This document shows, in pieces, positions 1-23,924 of a stretch of DNA of 64,000 bases. A program made the translations under genes and the position numbers. The notes under the pieces were generated by a model that saw nothing but the letters and a program-made list of their open reading frames with translations, was not told the origin of the DNA and did no database searches. Positions within the stretch are counted from its first letter, which is position 1, and each line of letters begins with the position of its first letter. The DNA is from Thalia democratica (lineage: Eukaryota), in NCBI GenBank assembly GCA_965202585.1, contig OZ241833.1, positions 28,458,001-28,522,000 on the forward strand. Direction: 5' to 3'.

Positions 1-46
1 TTAAAATGTGTTCAAACAAAAAGAAAAGCATTATTTAGTTGCAAAC

Positions 47-13020
<12,974 letters not shown>

Positions 13021-13764
13021 TTCTCTATGTAGCTGTTTAATCTAAAGTTTTATTATTTTTATATAAGCAAGCACAACATTTTATTGATTGGATTTTAAGT
13101 GCTGCTACTCTTCGGGGCAGAAAACATCTGGCCTGAGTCAGCTTAAATTTGATAAAAAAGCTTTAAAAAAATTGTTGTACATACTTATGGTGCTATTTTC
13201 ATTAAGTAAACAAAATTTAAATAAAAAGTTTTAGTGTGTCAATAAAGTCCTTGAGGTAAACAAGTATTTTAAAATATAAATAATGCAGCCTTATCCTTTT
13301 TCACCTTATTTTTCATAGCTTTTAACAAGCTTTGGAATGTAATACAGCTGTAAAGACAACTAAACCTTGAAAAGTATTCATAGTTAATAAAAAAGTTCAA
13401 ATTAAAATATGTGGTTTCATTACATCAGTGATATACTGAGCAGATTTTTTTGATTGATTCTCTGGCAGTTTTTTTTTGAGATACTGAGAAACAGTGCTTT
13501 TGGTTTATACAAACTAGTACTTAATTTTATTAATTCTAAGAGCAGGATTATAAACAAGTTTCACATTTTACTTTTGCAAAAAGGTAAGAAAATACATTTG
13601 GTATAGCTAAGTATAGCTAGTTGCAAGGCAGAAATTTTATTCGATAATTAAAACCAACACTGTATAGTTAACTAAAACTAATTAGAGAAACTTTAGTATC
13701 AACTTTAAGGACATAGGGTGGTTAACTATTTTCTATAGTTTTTATTTTACATTAATGGCCAGGG

Positions 13765-14060
13765 TAGGTGTCAGAAATTTAAGAAGGGTCATTTTTGCAC
13801 AAAGATACTTTTGCACAAGTAGTCTTTTTTGAACTGAGACAGTTTTGCACAAACAGTCACTTTTGCTAAAGGCATCACTTATGCTTGGTTTTCAATTTTA
13901 CACAAGTGATAAATTTTGTATATAGTAACTTTTGCACAAGTTTGCACGGCATCAGTTTTGCACTAGTAGTCACTTTTGCACAGAGTTAGTTTTTTACAAG
14001 TGGTTACTTAAGCACAAGTTGATAGTTTGGCATAAGGAGTCACATTTACTGAGAAATCAT
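13765..14060. repeat. Degenerate TTTGCAC-unit array; partial copy of the 38010-38741 element family
   Basis: Begins TAGGTGTCA like the copies at 17701 and 38741 (reverse), followed by spaced TTTTGCACA units. Confidence 0.55.
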
Positions 14061-15553
14061 ACCGTTAGTAAACGGTTAAAGAAAAGCTTGTTTTTTTCTA
14101 GAGAATAATTCATTTGCCGCTTTATTTCAAACAAATAGTCTGCTACATTTTATCATGTGTCAGTTTTTTATAGTGTAATTTTTAAATGTATTAGTCATTT
14201 GGCAGTACTGTTAATACTTCATGATACAATGCAATGTTTGTTTAATTTTAATCTTTTTCTCAGCCTTTATTTTGCAATAATTAACTTAATTTTTAATACT
14301 ACACAGTATAATCATGTCAAGAAATTTTTTTGACTTTTTAATATTTCTTTATTTTGTTGTTATGAAGATTGAATAATTATTTCAGGTGCTTTAACAATTA
14401 TAGCTAAATTATTTATCACATCAAATATCTTGTCAATTTTAAAGGCAAGTAAATATAACCAACTATAAAGTCTAATTTAACAACAAAAATAATAACTTAG
14501 ATTTAAATATTTTAAGTTTTTCAAAAACTACCATACAACAGACAAAGTTTACACATTTTGTATGATAATGACATAACATACATCAAAATTAGTTGAAACT
14601 GTTTTAAATGTATGCCTATAAGCTTTCATTTAAGATATGAAAATTGAGTCATATGACAATGACTTAATAACTTTTTAAGTCAAAAATCAATTGACATGTG
14701 ATTTTTGGAGGTCAAATCATTTTTTTGGGTTGGATATCTTTTAATTGAAATTTCAATTCTTTATTAGATTCTTCTAAATTATGCCATAAGAAATTCAAAT
14801 CATAACAGTCTATGCTAATTTTACAACATAACCAAAAATGTGCTGTACTTCCTACCATTAGAACTAATTCAGTTTTTGCAGTGAGCCTATTAATAATAGA
14901 AATTTTTATTAGTGTTTATTTTTGATTTCTAACTAATCTATTACATACGGCCCCTTAATATTATTATGAGAACTTGAGTTGCCAAAAATTTAATTTTTAA
15001 TTAACTTTATCATGCTTACATTTAACATTTTACTTTCAGAAAGCTGGCTCACTCAATCTTGATTTTTTAAAACAACTTAAACAAAAGCATTTTTTTAAGT
15101 TTAAGTTATTAAAAAAAAAAAAACATAAAGCAACAACTTTTTAGAAAGCTACAATGTCAAGTTTGATAGTTTTTGTAATATTATTTTTTTGAATCAAGGT
15201 TGAAAAATAAGTTCTTTAAATCAAAGGTTCCACTCATTAAGTCAAAAAACTATTCTGAGTTATCAAAAACTGTTGTGAGTCATGCTAACTGAAACTAAAT
15301 TTTCAAATTTTTAAAACTAAAACAACAAGAAAAATTTTCAAGCATTTGTCTGAAAAAACCCTGATATATCTGCATATATTTCCTAAATTTTATTAAAATT
15401 AATTTCTAGTAAAAAAATAATATTATTAGTTCAGAAAATATTTCACAAATGACTATTACATTCTAAAAATTTTTTTTTTTATTTCAAGAATTCAAACTGA
15501 TATTTTGGAAGTATTTCCGAAAAAAAAAAAAACAGATTTAGTCTGACAAATAT

Positions 15554-15812
15554 CAGGGTTGTCTATTGGTTTTTGGCAAAGTTTCTCCAGGTTTTCAAAA
15601 TTTTCTTTAGGATTTTAAAAGTACATGTTTTGGGGTTTAATTTTAGCTTACAATTAAGTTAAATTAAAATCTATGTAAAATTGAAAAGATACTGTACAGC
15701 TACTATAAAGTGAAAGTTGTTTAAAATTTCAGGTTTGTTATTTGAGCTTTTTCAGTGATTTTTGTTCAACATTATAGGTTTTTCCAAGATTTAAGGTTTT
15801 GTGATAACCCTG
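15554..15812. mobile_element. CAGGGTTG-terminated MITE family copy
   Basis: Ends CAGGGTTGTC...GATAACCCTG. Internal CCAGG/CCTGG plus A/T-run units are shared, in reverse, with 47180, 52919 and 60122. Confidence 0.55.
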
Positions 15813-16154
15813 AAATATAAACTATGAATAAAATTTGTTGTACTTAACTTTAAATTGATTAAAATTTATGTTGCTGTGTCAACCACTGGGTTTAGAGATT
15901 GCAAGGTCAAATGCAGAGTTTTTTAAAATCATCATTAGGAACTCTAGGGCCTCTTACTTTCAAACCTTTTAGCTAATGTGTAATTTTAGTTTGTGTATTT
16001 ATAATATTAGAATTGAATAATTTAGAGCTGCAGCAATTAAATTGTTAATATTTTCTGTGTTAGTAGTAATATTTACATTTTTATCAATGTTTTTTTATTG
16101 GAAAACCCCTTGTGTGTTCGTAGTTATAACTACCAAAAAAGTTGTATTTAAATA

Positions 16155-17037
16155 CAGTACACTACCGCTTAAGTACGCAAATTGAACCTGACCAAAAAGT
16201 GCGTACTTAGCACGGGTAGTGCGTACTTTTTGACGACATGGTATAATATGAAATTTTTTTGTTTGTTTTCTTTCTTACAACTAGCATCCAAATAATTAAG
16301 CCAAATAAACAAGTCTTTTTATTTTAAATAAAATTTAATACATAATTCTAACCTGCAAAATTTTTTTAAAAAATTTAAAATGATTTATTTTTTCTATAAA
16401 AAGTTTCTACATAATTATACATACATTTAATATAGAAAGTCAATGTCAGTCAATGATATAAAAAAGAATCTTAAGCCATATTTTCCATATTTTGTTTTGT
16501 TAGAAAGTACCAAACTACATTTTGTTTACCAAACATTTTCAAAACATCAAGGTGTGTACATTTAAGTTAAATTATGACTTAACTATTTGTATTTGTAGGT
16601 TTTTTAACTTTGTCATCTAGATTTATTTGTTTTATAGCGTTACAGCTCAAATATCATTATTTTTTTCACTTTTCTGCAACCACTACATAAGTATTTAGTT
16701 TAAAAACATTTAATAACAGGGCTGTCACAATCTCAGGCCACTTAGACTACTCAGGATTACTCACCCTAGTTTAAAAGTTGTGAAAGTTTCAGGCTAACTC
16801 AGCTGGTTGGCCATTCTACCTGGAAACATAAGATAATGGAAAAACTTGATGATTGAAAATTTAGGCAAAAATCTGGAATTTCTTGGAAGTTCTAATATAA
16901 CATCCTTTATTTTGATAAATAAATTGTACAGAAACATAAAAAAATTTAGAATTTTTTTTTTTTGTCTTTCTGAATAAGTGCGTACTTAAGGCGAGGTGCG
17001 TACCAAAAAAAGTGCGTACTTAAGCGGTAGTCTACTG
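16155..17037. mobile_element. Tc1/mariner-type MITE, copy A
   Basis: TIR CAGTA(C/G)ACTACCGCTTAAGTACGCA, TA duplication at 16153-16154 and 17038-17039. The empty site is visible in the paralogous block at about 39398-39412. Confidence 0.92.
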
Positions 17038-17360
17038 TAGTATTTTACATTTATACGATAAAGGGATGTTTGGAAAACTTTAAATTTTGTAAAACAACAT
17101 AAAATTTAAAAAAAAAAGCTATTTAGCACAAGATTTTTAAAGCTTATGTTTGCGAAAATAAACTGACTATTTTTTCTTTAGGCATTGAAATGTTTTATTT
17201 AAATTTTTTGCTAGTATGAAAAATAAGAAAAAGTTTAATTAAAAGATGATAAACTATAGAAAACATACATGCTTAAAATAACAAGTTTTCTCAATAATTT
17301 TTTAGCAATTTTCCTTTATTTATGTAATAACCTTTAAGTCATTAACAAGTCTAAGTGTGC

Positions 17361-17414
17361 AAGTGGTGTACGACTTGATAACTAAAAAACATTTGGCACA
17401 CCAGTTCTAGAGCC
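17361..17414. repeat. Short dispersed hairpin/palindrome repeat family (also about 27331-27390, 36613-36690, 39029-39082, 58943-59010)
   Basis: Shared GGTGT(A/G)CGAC..GATAAC..GTGCACCAGG-TCCTAGGACC-like motif with an internal inverted repeat. It may be a rolling-circle (Helitron-like) terminus; the class is inferred. Confidence 0.55.
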
Positions 17415-20400
17415 GATTATTGTGAGCGCTTTTAATTGTCCTTCAATAGACAAAAAAATGCGGTCTGAAAAGTTTTTTTTTAGTACTCATACTACTCTTA
17501 ATTATATTGTAATGCAAAGTATTTATATTTAAAACTAGAATCTGAATACACATACTATATTGGTTTAAAACTATCATAGAAGATTTCATAAAACATAGAC
17601 ATTTATTTTTCAAACTTTAAATTTGTTTACTTCAGGCGTTTTAGACTTTTTAAAGAGAGGTTGCACAATTTTGTGTTGAGTAATGGAATATTTTTGTGCT
17701 TAGGTGTCAAACTTGCACGAGCGGACGAAATTGCACGAGAAGACTAAATTGCACGAAGACAATTTTGCACGAGGGGATATTTTTGAAATAACAAATAACA
17801 GTTTTGCACGGAGACATTTTCGCACGGGTTGAATTTTTTTTTGATTTTTTTTTTTAATTTTTTTATCAATTTTAACATTTATATTAATTTAGTTTTTTCA
17901 TTTATTTATTTATTTAACTACCACTGTTACCCCTAACCTAATCCTTACGCTCAATCAGGAAGGATATTTAAATATGTGTTTTAAACTCAGAGTAGTTTTG
18001 ATTTTTTCAAAAAATCAAAGATAGATTTAAGGTTTCTGAAAGTCTCAGGCTGTTTTATTCTATATTCAAAAAAATATTTTCTTAACTTAGTTTCAAAATT
18101 TTCTTATTTAAAAAAAATATTTTGAAGAACTTTATTTTCATTAATTTTGAAAAGCTTCTTTTTTTTATTCAAATTTGAAAAAATAAGTCACAATGACTTA
18201 AGACAGTTTAAGGTCTGTCAGAACAGTTTTCTTTTAAACAAGTCTTTAAAACCTAATCATAAAAAACATACTTTTTTGCTTATTTTAATTAACTTTCCAT
18301 TCTAATTTTGTTTTTATACAGTGAAATGAAAATTTTTACTTAATTAATTTTTCGTACTTAATGACAAACCATGGTCAAAACTTTCATATCTATTCCATAA
18401 ATTTTTACTGAAGACCGGTAAGTCTGACAATTCAATAAGGTAAGAGAGACTCCTGATGAAAATTTCCATTTCATGAATTGTGAAGCAGTATCTGATGCAG
18501 ATCCCTTGCTCAAATATATAGTAAATTTTCATTAAATAAATTTAAAGGTTTTCAGTAATTTTAAAACTTTCAATTTGTAGTCAAAGTGTTGTTTACTATA
18601 AAATATACATTTACATAAACTAAAACTTTTGTTAAGACTAGTTTTTTGTAAGTACTAGGCTTGTTTAGACATCTTTTCGTATCTCTGGCTTTACTTTAAA
18701 AAGTTTAATTCTATATATTTGATATGTTTTTATCAAGTCAATATGATACTGTTTATATATTTTTTAGTTATTTATGAAGCAATGCATCATAAAAGTAGTA
18801 GCCTACCCATTTATTAAAGTACCTGTAGACAATATCTAAATTTTTATGAATTCATTGGTTTTACAAATAATTTCCCCTTACAAGTACTAAAGTTGTCAAT
18901 TCAATTCAATTAAAAAACTTTTACTGTTTTTAAACTTGATATTATCTAAATTATAACACCTAACATTTATAAAGCGGAATGATAAGTATCATATCAGTGC
19001 AGCATCAGATAAACAGACCAGGACAATTGGCACAAAAGTTAAATAAAAAGATGACCAAGAAATACAGCCTTAAATGAACTCAAATTTTTCAATTGCTTTT
19101 TTTGTGTTTTTTTCTCTATTTTGTGTCATTTTTCGCTTTTTTGTTAAAATCAAGTAATAATCAGAACAAAATAATAAATTAGAATTTAAATATGTAGTAG
19201 TTAGTTAATTATGCATATTAAGATTATTAAGTACCAGTTGAATTATTGAAATGTTCTTACGAATTTAACTTAAGGGTGTGAAACGCTTTTATTAAGCGGG
19301 CCAGATGTGGAAACATTAAGTTATTGGTTGGCCAGAACATTTAAGTATTATTTGATACAGGAAAATAATTAAGTTGTTAATGCCAAAATGCTAATTCTAT
19401 ATCACCTTTTTTTAAATTATGAAGTTTATTATTTCCATAAGTTAAACTTAAAAACTTTTTGTATACATTTTAGATCCTAGAATTTCTAATGTACGTTTTA
19501 CCTCTTGCTGGCTGGATTCCATTAATTTTCTGTAAATTTTTCCAAAATGGTTATTTTATCCGTGGTTCCCTAAAGTAAGAATATTGTTGTGAAAATTAAG
19601 TTGATGAAACAACTTTTATTAAATACATAAATAAGTGCATACTTTTGTGGGAGTTTTTCATGAATAAATAAGCTATAGTTGTAACATCATAGCGCAGAAA
19701 TAGCTTCAGTATCCTTTTAAATAAAGTTAAAGTTATTTACGTGTTCCTACCACTAGCGGCGTAACTTGAGGTTCACAAAATTTTTTGTTAGTAGTTTAGT
19801 GTGCACAGACGTTTAGTTAGACTGGTCGAATAGTTGATGAAATTATTAAAAAAAAACTTTAAAATTAATTACACTGAAATTGGTGAATAGAAAATTCTAT
19901 TCGTTGGCTAAAAACTATAAAAGTAAATTAAATTTGTGAAATATATTAGTATTTTAAAAATTAATTTATATATGATTAACGTTTAACCATATAATATATC
20001 TTTTATACTTTTATGGTAGGTTTGCAAATAAGCATAGGATCAAATCGTCATTTTAGTTAATTATTGAATTAAGAAAAGTTTGAAAGTACGTTTTAGTTAC
20101 TAAATTTAGTTTATAAATATTAATAAAACTAGAATATAATCAAAAAGATAAAAAAAAATTTTTAATTAATTTTAGATGTGTTAATACTGACTTTTATAAC
20201 CATAAACAAGTTGAAAACTGAATTACTTGAAACATCATTTCTATTTAAGTTACAAGTTATAATTTCCAAGGGTAGATCTTACAAAAGTACCTAGAGTTGT
20301 TCTTAACTAAACAAAAAATATAAAAAGACTAGCTGGTGATAAAAAAGTGTTGCAAAAAACAAAGCTTAGTAACAGGACTTTTCGTAATAATCAATTTGTT

Positions 20401-20930
20401 TGAAATAGATTTTTATAAAAATAAAAGATTTTGTGTTTAAGTGACTCATAACTCACTACTTTTTAAACTTCTAAATTCCTTTTTTTATTAAAGTTTAAAA
20501 CTAGCTCCTTAAAATGTAAAAAAATCTAAACCCTTATAGGTTTTTTAATATCAAAATATCCTATATTTTACACAAACATCTATTTTGGACTAAAAATAAA
20601 AATAAACTTTAATGAAGCAAACATAGAAACCTTTAAAATCTAAACGTTTCTAGTTGACTGAAATTGAATCTTTGCATTTTAAAATTTTTAGCTATTTTTC
20701 TATAACCTTAAGGAAGTTAGAGGTAAAGGTATAGTTTACAAACTTTAGGTAAATTGGTTAGAGATATGGGTTTAATCAGTACTAATTGTATTAAAACCTT
20801 ATCTCATTTATTATAAACAGCAAAACTTTCAAATCTTTAATACTGCTGCCGACCTCTTTTTAACTTTACTTTTTCTATATCTTAAAAAATGGGTTAGCGT
20901 TTGTTAATGCAGGGGTTAACAGTCATTTGG

Positions 20931-20946
20931 TGGTTGCTGGCAACCA
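20931..20946. promoter_or_regulatory. Candidate RFX X-box palindrome upstream of DRC1
   Basis: TGGTTGC-TG-GCAACCA; the core GTTGCTGGCAAC fits GTNRCY-N0-RGYAAC. It is 7.9 kb from the DRC1 ATG, but DRC1 has an unpaired acceptor 21 nt before its ATG, so the true start lies further upstream. Confidence 0.35.
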
Positions 20947-23423
20947 GCAGCTGTAACTTTAGTTATAATGTTGCTTTTTTAAACTCCCGTCAATTACTTT
21001 TATGACCTTTTTATTTTTCGTTGTAAACACCATAATATGTAGTTTAAGTAACGAGCATAAAGTTAATTTTATAGGCAAATTTATTAATTTTTCAAAAAAC
21101 ATAAAACTTTAATGTCAATTATTTTCCTTATCTTAGACGCTATCTATTTTTTTTTTTTTTTTTAGAGAACGCACCTTTGTCTTTAATTAAAAAAAAAATA
21201 TTTAGTTTGGGGTTAAAATTATTTCATGGGGTCCCTCCAAAAATAAATGTTTTTTTTTATTTTTTTTCATTATTATTGTTTTAGAACCAAAAATAAATAT
21301 TTTTTTTTTTTTTTTCCCTTATTTTGCATTTTATTTAAACTCTTAAATGTTTATTTTATAAATAATGTTAATATCTTTTATGATTTGGCCCCAAATCAAA
21401 ATGATGTATATTATACTATCATTTGCCTTGACCATTTCCTAGATAAAAAATTGATAAAAGGAAAAAAAAAAGAATGTGAAATAAAACAAATTTAATTAAA
21501 CTATTTGGAAGGCTTGGTGTTTAGCCAACAGATACTTCGCTCTACTGAGCGCGAAAGATAGATTTTTCACGAAAGTGTTTAATGTTTTAAATAAGCTAAC
21601 TTCTGTCTAATATGAAAGTTCATTATCGAAAGTACTTTATCAGCATGATAACCAATGCGTGTTAGGTTAATAAAGTTAAATGTAATTATCAGTTATAAAT
21701 TGGCATACTTTTAAGTTTTTTTTATATCTCTTTACACTAGACTTTATGTAATTTTTACTATTAAGACTAATTTGGTATGTTGTTTTGTAAGGTCCAAATA
21801 TCTAAATAAATATTATTTTATATAAAATTGACATAAAAAAGATTACTTAAATTAAAATATGCTTTTTTGCATATTTAAAAAATTAAAGTTACACTAGATA
21901 AACATTTTTTTTAGTATAAGCATAAATAGATATATTATTACTTTAAGAAAATAAAACTACAAAAAAGGATAAAAAAAATATAGTAAAAGCATTTATACTT
22001 AAAACGAACAATATAATTAAGCATGGAAAATTATTAAACTTTTTTAGTTAAAAAAAAAACTGTCGAAACGATATATACAGAGATGAAAAATTAGATAAAA
22101 TAGAGATAATAAATAAAATAAATATTTGCATTAAAAGCAAAATTTATAAACAGCTCAATGTTTAAAAAATTTTGTTTTTCGGAAAACCAACAAAGGACTT
22201 ATTTAATTAGGTAAAAAATTACATAGTAAAAACATTGTTTTTGTTTTTTTTGCTAACTTTAGTAACTCTTTTGTATATCATATAAGTGAAAAACATACAT
22301 ATTATAGCTTTTGAAAATCCAAGCTTTTAATAATACTTTTAAATAAAAATTAAACTATACAACAATATTTCTAAAATTAAAAGTTTATATAGTTACATAA
22401 AACAAAACAGTTTCTAAAATCAAATAATTAGTTATCTGTAACATTTTAAATAAACTCAATTAAAGTAGCTACAAAAATTGTAAAGATAACTTATGGTGAA
22501 AAAATTTAAATTTAAGTTCTGATAAAACTTAATAAAATTGTTTAAATTATGAATTTAAAAAAAGCCAAATTCTTCAACAATTATTGATAACGCATATAAC
22601 ATTAATGAAGCTTGATATGTATAAAAAGTAAGTTTTTTACTCTAATGAGTCATCTTTGAAAAAAACCATGGCTTACGTTGACTTTAATGTTTTTAATGCT
22701 GCATGTCTTAAACTCTCATTACAACAACCGTTTCAAAGAACCTACATTTTTAAAAGAGTTAAAAGCACTAAAGCACAACTAATATTTAAGTCATCTAATA
22801 CAATTTTTATGGAAGTTAAAGCAAGTAATGCTAATGAGATTGGTATTTTAGATAAGTATAATAATATTTTTAACAATTAAAACATTTTATCGTTTATACT
22901 ACTTTATAAATACATTATAAGTAAAACTTTTTGTTTGTTTCGCTTTTGCTAATTATAAAATTATTCTTAATTTTAATTTACAAAAAAAAAAGTCAAATTA
23001 TATTGAGTCACGAGTTTATTTGAAAATATTAGTGGATACACAAGGTAAGCTATTATGTATTCTTATTTGTTATTTTTAGTTTTTATATATAATTTCTTAT
23101 GCCTAAAATAATATTAATACGACCATGATTTAGTTTTTAAAAAACTTTAAAAAAATAGCTAATAAAAGTTTGTGGCTAAAGACTAAAATTTAATTATTTT
23201 TCTAAGTCAGTATGTTTTTAGTGACTAAATATAAAGTTTAATAGTACTTAAATAGTTACTTTTTCTCATAAAACTTTTAAGTATTTAATTTTTCATATTT
23301 TTTACATTTTAATAAATTAACTTTCTTAAGTTAAGTAAAAATAGCACTATTTAGTTAAAATTTTTTTACTATGTTAGTGACTTAATTGCAGAATACTTAA
23401 TTTAAATATTATTTCAGTTTGAA

Positions 23424-23924
23424 ATGGCCCGCACAAAGAAACCCGCTGACGGAAAATCAACCGGAGAAAAAGTTCTCGCGAGAAGAAACGCCGCCAAGGC
23501 TTACAGGTTCATTCAGCCAGGCATGAAGAAGCCTCACCGTTACCGCCCCGGAACCGTGGCCCTCCGAGAGATCCGCAAGTACCAGAAGTCCACCGACCTG
23601 CTCATCCGAAAGCTGCCCTTCCAGCGCCTCGTCAAGGAAGTTGCCCAGGACTTCAAGGCCGACCTGCGGTTCCAGAGCGCGGCCATTGCAGCGTTGCAGA
23701 CGGCGGCCGAAGCTTACCGGATTTCCATGTTCGAGGACGCCAACTTGTGCGCCATCCACGCGAAGAGAGTGACAATCTTGCACAATGAAATGCGGCTTGC
23801 GAAGCGCATCATAAACGAAACTTCCGCAGAATTGAACTTTTTTCGTTGTGTGATGTGTTGTCACTTTTTTTATAAAAAAAAAAAATTAAATACAGAACTT
23901 AACTTAATGAAGTTAATAGGTTAA
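23424..23924 (+). CDS. H3: Divergent histone H3 variant (H3.3-derived), 166 aa, coding region intronless
   Basis: Histone fold [36 protein letters not shown]...[10 protein letters not shown]...[19 protein letters not shown] at 87-89 is H3.3-like. Acceptor TTTCAG at 23416-23417, 6 nt before the ATG; candidate donor CAAG/GTAAGC at 23044/23045. No histone stem-loop seen; AATAAA at about 24025. Not cenH3-like: normal loop 1 length, Q68 and F84 retained. Confidence 0.9.
   Translation: MARTKKPADGKSTGEKVLARRNAAKAYRFIQPGMKKPHRYRPGTVALREIRKYQKSTDLLIRKLPFQRLVKEVAQDFKADLRFQSAAIAALQTAAEAYRISMFEDANLCAIHAKRVTILHNEMRLAKRIINETSAELNFFRCVMCCHFFYKKKKLNTELNLMKLIG

Larger units (their letters stand above)
15954..17961 (+). 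repeat. Inverted duplication, left copy (partner 38480-39608)
   Basis: Near-identical reverse-complement match along about 1.1 kb once the 16155-17037 insertion is removed. Confidence 0.92.

Noticed and set aside
18310-18540. Exon-like patch with acceptor TATACAG and donors CCG/GTAAGT and AAG/GTAAGA
   Set aside because: Stops in the relevant frames, no partner exons and no recognisable protein.
22656-22880. 74-aa ORF upstream of the H3 variant
   Set aside because: AT-rich, starts at TTG, no motif and no consistent splice partners.
23457-23864. 135-aa minus-strand ORF (also 40165-40443 and 40065-40298)
   Set aside because: Antisense shadows of the histone H3 sequences.
23424-23924. Possibility that the variant is centromeric H3 (CENP-A)
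   Set aside because: Loop 1 is not lengthened, Q68 and F84 are retained, and the tail still aligns with H3.
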